Assembly: GCA_016927185.1 (NCBI GenBank)
Contig: JAFGND010000031.1
Location: forward strand, 1 to 37,911
Length of the DNA stretch: 37,911 bases
Direction of reading: 5' to 3'
DNA from: Candidatus Coatesbacteria bacterium
GTDB taxonomy: Bacteria > JAFGND01
This document shows positions 35,799 to 37,911 of this stretch, in pieces; position 1 is the first letter of the stretch; every line of letters begins with the position of its first letter. The position numbers were made by a program, and so were the translations under genes. Below the pieces are notes generated by a model that was not told the DNA's origin, made no database searches, and saw nothing but the letters and a program-made list of their open reading frames with translations.

Positions 35799-37676
35799 CT
35801 ATTGTCTTGGTAAATACTTTTTCACTAAAGCAGCAATCTTGTTTTCCAGGTCTTCCTCATTTTCCCATGCCTGCTTTTTCAATTCCTTGCCATTTCTAGT
35901 GACAACTATTTCCTTGTTTCTTGGTCCTGTTTCAATCAAGACGCCTTCAGGGACAAGATCTCTTGTCAGAATCTCTTCAGTATTGTCAGGATCATCAAGA
36001 ATGACTATATTAGATCCCTTGAAAAACAATCCATAATCCAGTATGGAAGAGCTAGTTGCTTCAAAAATTGCGAAATCGAGTTTCGGGTTTCTTAGTGCAT
36101 TCTTGATATTCTTGCAGTAATCTTCATTCTTGCAAAGGAATTCACTATTCACAAAAAGACCTTCTTCCTGTGTATGGCAGGCAACTTCTTCATAACCTGC
36201 ATCTGATGCAATCTTGCTTAGTTTTTCAGCAAGATTCTTGCTTAATCTGTTCGCTGCGATTATGGGAATTTTACCTGACGGAGTATCTTCAAACCAGTGA
36301 TCTATTATTTTTGAAGGAACATTTACGCTTCCTCCAATAGCTGGTGCCAGATGCATGAATACTCCAGGTCCTGCATTGATTTCTATTATGGCAGTTGGGC
36401 TTTCAGTCCACGGTTTTGAAATATCTTCTGCAAGCAAATCAATACCAAGGCATGTCACGCATAAATACTTTCCAATGTCTTCAGCCAGTTTTACATTCGT
36501 TGGATGGATTTTGTCAGTGACATTTATGCTTACTCCACCAGCAGAAATATTTGCAACTCTTCTTAAAGTTATTCTCTCACCTTCCTTGGGGGTGCTATTC
36601 AAGTCAAGATCCTGGGCTGCAATGAAGTTAATCAAGTCATTGTCTACCTTTATCTTGCAAAGAGGAGACCTTGCATTATCAAGTCTTTCAATTGTATCAT
36701 TTTCTATCTCTATGAGCTCTCCAATTGTATGTCTTCCGTCTCCCTCAACATATGCAGGGACTCTTTCCAGTGCTGCAACGAATTTTCCTCCAACAGTCAG
36801 CAGTCTATGATCCGTGCCATTTACCTGCTTCTCGATAAGTGCTCCGTCCCATTCCTTGCCTTCAGGAACCTGGCTTGCAAGAAGATCGAAAGCATTCCTG
36901 ACTTCGGATGCGCTCATCAGGTTAGTATGAACACCCTGGCCTTTGTGTCCGGCAAGTGGCTTGACAACAACAGGATAGCCTAGCTGTTCAGCCTGTTCAA
37001 CTACTTCCTCTGCATCAAAGCAAAGCTGACCTTTCGGGCTTGGAAAATTGAAGTCAAACAGGAAGTCTTTAACCATATCCTTGTTCATTGTAAATTCAGT
37101 ATCTTTTATGCTGTCAGTATGGATAGTTGTTGATCTGCCTCTTCTCTGATACTTGCCATAGCCCATCTGGAAAACATTTTCATTATAGATATAGAATAAT
37201 GGAATATTCTGAAGATATGCTGCTTCCAGAATATGATATAATGTAGGTCCTCCAAACAAGGTTCTGTCAAAGTCTTTGGCAAGTTTCTCGAATTTCTTTT
37301 CAAATGGAAATTCCACTCTATCCATGATATCATGAAGCCAATCTACAGCAAAATATATTGCATCTTCGGTAATCTTGTCATCAAGATACTGTATGGCTAT
37401 TGTCCAGTAACCCTCTCTTTCAATAACATTATATTTTTTTGAAAACAGGTTCATATCAAGTAGCTGGATATGAATAATAGTTTCTGCAAGCAAAGTTGGG
37501 ATATCATTAATAGTCTTTTCCTTGATTGCAGGAAATTTTTTTGAAATCTCGACAAGGAAGTGATCTATGTCTGGAATCTTGTCTGACATGTCCAGATCAA
37601 ATACTACAGCCTGTTCATCTAGATAATAATTCGCTCCTGAATATGTCTTGAAGCGGCTTAATTTAAAATCTTTCAT
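35799..37676 (-). CDS. cphA2: CphA2-type cyanophycin synthetase (beta-Asp-Arg polymerase; N + ATP-grasp domains, vestigial Mur domain)
   Basis: 625 aa; GANYYL, FGGPTLY, QMGYGKYQ, KPLAGHKGQGV, DHRLL, GDG..TIGELI, ANISAGG, EINAGPG; KIPIIAANR where CphA1 has the RIPIxxVTGTNGKTT P-loop; GGAGGT RBS. Confidence 0.85.
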   Translation of the reverse strand: MKDFKLSRFKTYSGANYYLDEQAVVFDLDMSDKIPDIDHFLVEISKKFPAIKEKTINDIPTLLAETIIHIQLLDMNLFSKKYNVIEREGYWTIAIQYLDDKITEDAIYFAVDWLHDIMDRVEFPFEKKFEKLAKDFDRTLFGGPTLYHILEAAYLQNIPLFYIYNENVFQMGYGKYQRRGRSTTIHTDSIKDTEFTMNKDMVKDFLFDFNFPSPKGQLCFDAEEVVEQAEQLGYPVVVKPLAGHKGQGVHTNLMSASEVRNAFDLLASQVPEGKEWDGALIEKQVNGTDHRLLTVGGKFVAALERVPAYVEGDGRHTIGELIEIENDTIERLDNARSPLCKIKVDNDLINFIAAQDLDLNSTPKEGERITLRRVANISAGGVSINVTDKIHPTNVKLAEDIGKYLCVTCLGIDLLAEDISKPWTESPTAIIEINAGPGVFMHLAPAIGGSVNVPSKIIDHWFEDTPSGKIPIIAANRLSKNLAEKLSKIASDAGYEEVACHTQEEGLFVNSEFLCKNEDYCKNIKNALRNPKLDFAIFEATSSSILDYGLFFKGSNIVILDDPDNTEEILTRDLVPEGVLIETGPRNKEIVVTRNGKELKKQAWENEEDLENKIAALVKKYLPRQ

Positions 37677-37911
37677 TGTTACCTCCGCTGGTAAATAGTG
37701 TGTTGAATAAAGTTGTATACTTTGCCTTCAATTAATGAAGTTCATTTCATGTCAAGCTTAATGCAGTAGTAGTTGAATTGCCAGTTAATTGTATCACTCC
37801 TTTCAGGCTTTTTTATTTTCAATGCACTATAGAAAAACATGCAATAAAATTTCCTTTCAAATCTGAAATTATTCCATTAAAAAAGTTTCACCTATAATAT
37901 AAGGACAAAAC

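Noticed and set aside
315-37333. Numerous short antisense or out-of-frame ORFs in the ORF track (e.g. 315-626, 1239-1586, 28851-29207, 30816-31235, 35635-36036, 36355-36810)
   Set aside because: They overlap well-supported genes and show no RBS or recognisable motifs; treated as shadow ORFs.
35799-37676. Truncated cphA1 pseudogene
   Set aside because: Intact ORF of CphA2-like length, followed 9 nt later by iadA, with no out-of-frame Mur remnant.
37700-37860. ArgR or NtcA sites upstream of cphA2
   Set aside because: Only half-site matches (TGAATAAA, GTATAC); no full consensus.
1-37911. CRISPR arrays, IS elements, prophage, rRNA/tRNA
   Set aside because: No regularly spaced repeats, transposase/integrase ORFs or GC-rich structured RNA tracts seen; intergenic gaps are short and AT-rich.

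Overview
AT-rich, gene-dense bacterial chromosome segment with about 32 CDS. No rRNA, tRNA, CRISPR array or mobile element is visible. LpxL-like, TonB-like and PpiD/SurA genes point to a diderm organism; an FCB-type or candidate-phylum affiliation is my inference only. Contents in order: a GNAT(FemAB-like)/DUF362-FeS/LpxL-like operon; an unannotated 23-aa Lys-rich ORF flanked by two long hairpins; a probable lipoprotein, uvrA, a small membrane protein and a cupin; HEAT and TPR proteins; a sensor-less histidine kinase, a DUF4388 response regulator and a KynB-type cyclase; an IscS/NifS homologue whose catalytic Cys is replaced by Ser; a Tat-signal ferredoxin; a PpiD-recJ-LURP1-CDF run; a soluble-adenylyl-cyclase-like STAND-TPR protein next to a WD40 protein with a predicted signal peptide and a RanBP2-type zinc finger; a GT-C/ABC-2/TlpA operon; pilD and a TonB/AgmX-like gene. 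At the right end is a cyanophycin operon (CphA2-type synthetase - iadA - hypothetical - cphB). This operon is the strongest candidate for an undescribed system, because CphA2 is known mainly from cyanobacteria and no CphA1 is present in the window. All calls come from motif reading, not from database searches.
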